Shown: piece by piece, positions 25,866-27,590 of the stretch
Position numbering within the stretch: the first letter of the stretch is position 1
Layout: each line of letters opens with the position of its first letter
From: Clostridia bacterium
GTDB taxonomy: Bacteria > Bacillota > Clostridia > Oscillospirales > CAG-382
Direction of reading: 5' to 3'
Assembly: GCA_017501055.1 (NCBI GenBank)
Contig: JAFVXP010000069.1
Location: forward strand, 1-27,590
DNA: 27,590 bases
Position numbers and translations under genes: made by a program
The notes under the pieces: generated by a model
What the model saw: only the letters and a program-made list of their open reading frames with translations
The model's database searches: none
What the model was told of the DNA's origin: nothing

Positions 25866-25940
25866 ATGAAAAATAAGTTTTATTATTACTATTATTATTT
25901 TAAAAAGGGCTGCCCGTCTTATGTGATGACCAAGGCATAA
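25866..25940 (+). CDS. Putative Tyr-rich leader peptide MKNKFYYYYYYFKKGCPSYVMTKA
   Basis: SD AAGGAG 25850-55, ATG 25866, six consecutive Tyr codons 25881-98 (TAT TAT TAC TAT TAT TAT), TAA 25938-40; below the ORF-track size limit. Confidence 0.75.
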   Translation: MKNKFYYYYYYFKKGCPSYVMTKA

Positions 25941-25965
25941 ACGCTTTGGGTTGAATAAAACGGCA

Positions 25966-26011
25966 GTCCGTATTTGCTATGCTTTAAGGCAGAATGCAGT
26001 ACGGATTTTTT
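25966..26011 (+). terminator. Attenuator terminator
   Basis: GTCCGTA..TGC...GCA.TACGGAT followed by T6; left arm overlaps the predicted antiterminator strand 25960-69. Confidence 0.72.
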
Positions 26012-26061
26012 GTTTGCATAAAATAAAGAAAGGAAAATCGCTTTAATCCGTTAATTTACTA

Positions 26062-26089
26062 TTGAAATTTGTCGAAAAAGTAGTATAAT
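26062..26089 (+). promoter_or_regulatory. Possible second promoter for symporter gene
   Basis: TTGAAA-N16-TATAAT, downstream of the attenuator terminator. Confidence 0.45.
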
Positions 26090-26147
26090 GTACTTTGTAT
26101 AATTTTTTAGTATATATTATTTTAGGATAGAAAGCACAAAAACCATC

Positions 26148-27590
26148 ATGACGAGAGAACAAATAATCTGGCTTACGATAGGCGTTTATGCTGTGTTTAT
26201 ATTCGTGGTCGGATTCCTATCAAACAGCAAATCAAAAAATATGGGTGATTTCACCGTCGGCGGTCGAAACGCAGGCGCTTGGATGTCTGCCTTTTCGTAC
26301 GGAACGGCGTATTTCTCCGCAGTAATGTTTATCGGTTATGCAGGCGGTACGGGCTGGAAATACGGTATATGGGGTGTTCTGCCCGGTATCGGAAACGCAA
26401 TAATCGGCTCGCTTTTCGCTTGGATGGTGCTTGCAAAGCGCACACGCTCCGTTACGAGAGAAAAGGGAATAACCTCGATGCCTCAGTTCTTTGAAAAATG
26501 CTATGGCTCGAGAGCAATGAAGCTCTTTTCCGCAATCGTAATATTCGTTTTCCTCTTGCCCTATTCGGCATCGGTTTATAAAGGACTTACAAGCGTTTGC
26601 TCGGTTCTTTTGGGTATTGACGAATGGATCTGTATGCTTGTTATCGCTGTTGCGGGCGCACTTATCGTTGTCGCAGGCGGATATATGGCGGCACTCAAGG
26701 CGGATTTCATTCAGGGTGCGGTAATGCTCGTCGGCGTGATCGTGCTTATCTTCTCGGTAATGAACAGCGATAACGTCGGCGGTCTGACAGAAGGATTTAA
26801 GAATATCGCTTCCGAAACGAGCAAATTAAGTCTTAACGCATTCGACCATATCGGCCTTTGGGCAACCGTGCTTATGACCTCGTTCGGTACTTGGGGCTTG
26901 CCTCAGATGATACATAAATATTACGGTATCCGTGATGATAAAGAGGTTTCCAGAGGAACGGTAATCTCCACGGTATTCGCATTTGTCGTTGCAGGCGGCG
27001 GTTATCTTATCGGCTCGCTTTCGCATCTCTTCTTTAATGAACTTCCCGAGGGCGGAACCGACTATCTTGTTCCGAACCTTCTTATAAAATCGGGTGTTTC
27101 GGATATACTTGTCGGCGTTATCCTCGTATTGCTTATTGCGGCAAGCGTTTCCACGCTTTCCTCGGTAACCATAACGGCGGCTTCTACGTTGACGATGGAT
27201 ATCGTTCAGGACAGATTTATCAAAGACAAGGAAAAGGATATCTCTCTTCTTACAAAAATCGTTTGCGTTGCATTCGTTATGCTTTCCTTCCTTATCGCTT
27301 GGAAGGGAACGGGCACACCGATCCTTGATATGATGAGCTATTCATGGGGCATAATCTCGGGTAGCTTCCTCGCACCCTACGCCGTTGCGCTTTATTATAA
27401 GAAGACCACAAAGGTCGGCGCTTGGGCAGGAATAATTTGCGGTTTTGCTATCGCATTGCCTCCTCTTGTTGCAAAGCTTTCCGGCTCTGCGTTTGCTCTC
27501 GGCAAATTCGGACCCTTAAGCGGCATGGGACCGCATTTCGCTTGTCTTGCTATGGCTGTTTCGCTTTTGGTGGTTATAGCTGTCAGCACA
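26148..27590 (+). CDS. Sodium:solute symporter (SSS/PutP-PanF family), 3' truncated by window
   Basis: Open frame of 481 codons to the window end: MTREQIIWLTIGVYAVFIFVVG..DFTVGGRNAGAWMSAFSYGTAYFSAVMFIGYAG..SFGTWGLPQMIHKYY..LIAASVSTLSS. Missing from the ORF track because no stop lies in the window. SD weak. Confidence 0.93.
   Translation, partial: MTREQIIWLTIGVYAVFIFVVGFLSNSKSKNMGDFTVGGRNAGAWMSAFSYGTAYFSAVMFIGYAGGTGWKYGIWGVLPGIGNAIIGSLFAWMVLAKRTRSVTREKGITSMPQFFEKCYGSRAMKLFSAIVIFVFLLPYSASVYKGLTSVCSVLLGIDEWICMLVIAVAGALIVVAGGYMAALKADFIQGAVMLVGVIVLIFSVMNSDNVGGLTEGFKNIASETSKLSLNAFDHIGLWATVLMTSFGTWGLPQMIHKYYGIRDDKEVSRGTVISTVFAFVVAGGGYLIGSLSHLFFNELPEGGTDYLVPNLLIKSGVSDILVGVILVLLIAASVSTLSSVTITAASTLTMDIVQDRFIKDKEKDISLLTKIVCVAFVMLSFLIAWKGTGTPILDMMSYSWGIISGSFLAPYAVALYYKKTTKVGAWAGIICGFAIALPPLVAKLSGSAFALGKFGPLSGMGPHFACLAMAVSLLVVIAVST

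Noticed and set aside
25881-25900. (TAT)n microsatellite / phase-variation tract
   Set aside because: Interrupted by a synonymous TAC, in frame with an SD-ATG, and followed by attenuator hairpins; better explained as Tyr codons.

Overview
Core-genome region of a Firmicute (Clostridia-like gene content, sigma-A promoters, T-box). In order: trxA (partial), trxB and a desulfoferrodoxin fused to a BFD-like domain; an orphan membrane protein; an aldehyde dehydrogenase; queA; dapA; a minus-strand 8-gene run (clpP, AEC transporter, ddl, murI, DUF1934, DnaD-domain, DnaC-like, rnhA); a U32/RlhA-like gene; a secreted cohesin-like protein; divergent tmcAL and ackA-radC; two secreted proteins sharing 89-aa Ig-like repeats; T-box-controlled thrS; nrdR; and a sodium:solute symporter that runs off the right edge and is absent from the ORF track. 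The most striking unannotated element is at 25803-26011: a near-consensus promoter and SD drive a 24-aa peptide with six consecutive Tyr codons (MKNKFYYYYYYFKKGCPSYVMTKA), followed by mutually exclusive antiterminator and terminator hairpins. This looks like a tyrosine-sensing ribosome-mediated attenuator upstream of the symporter. A family of REP-like palindromes (core GGGGACCCC) also occurs right after stop codons, as a tandem triplet, and nested inside a larger composite inverted-repeat element. All calls come from reading the sequence and recalled motifs; no database searches were run.
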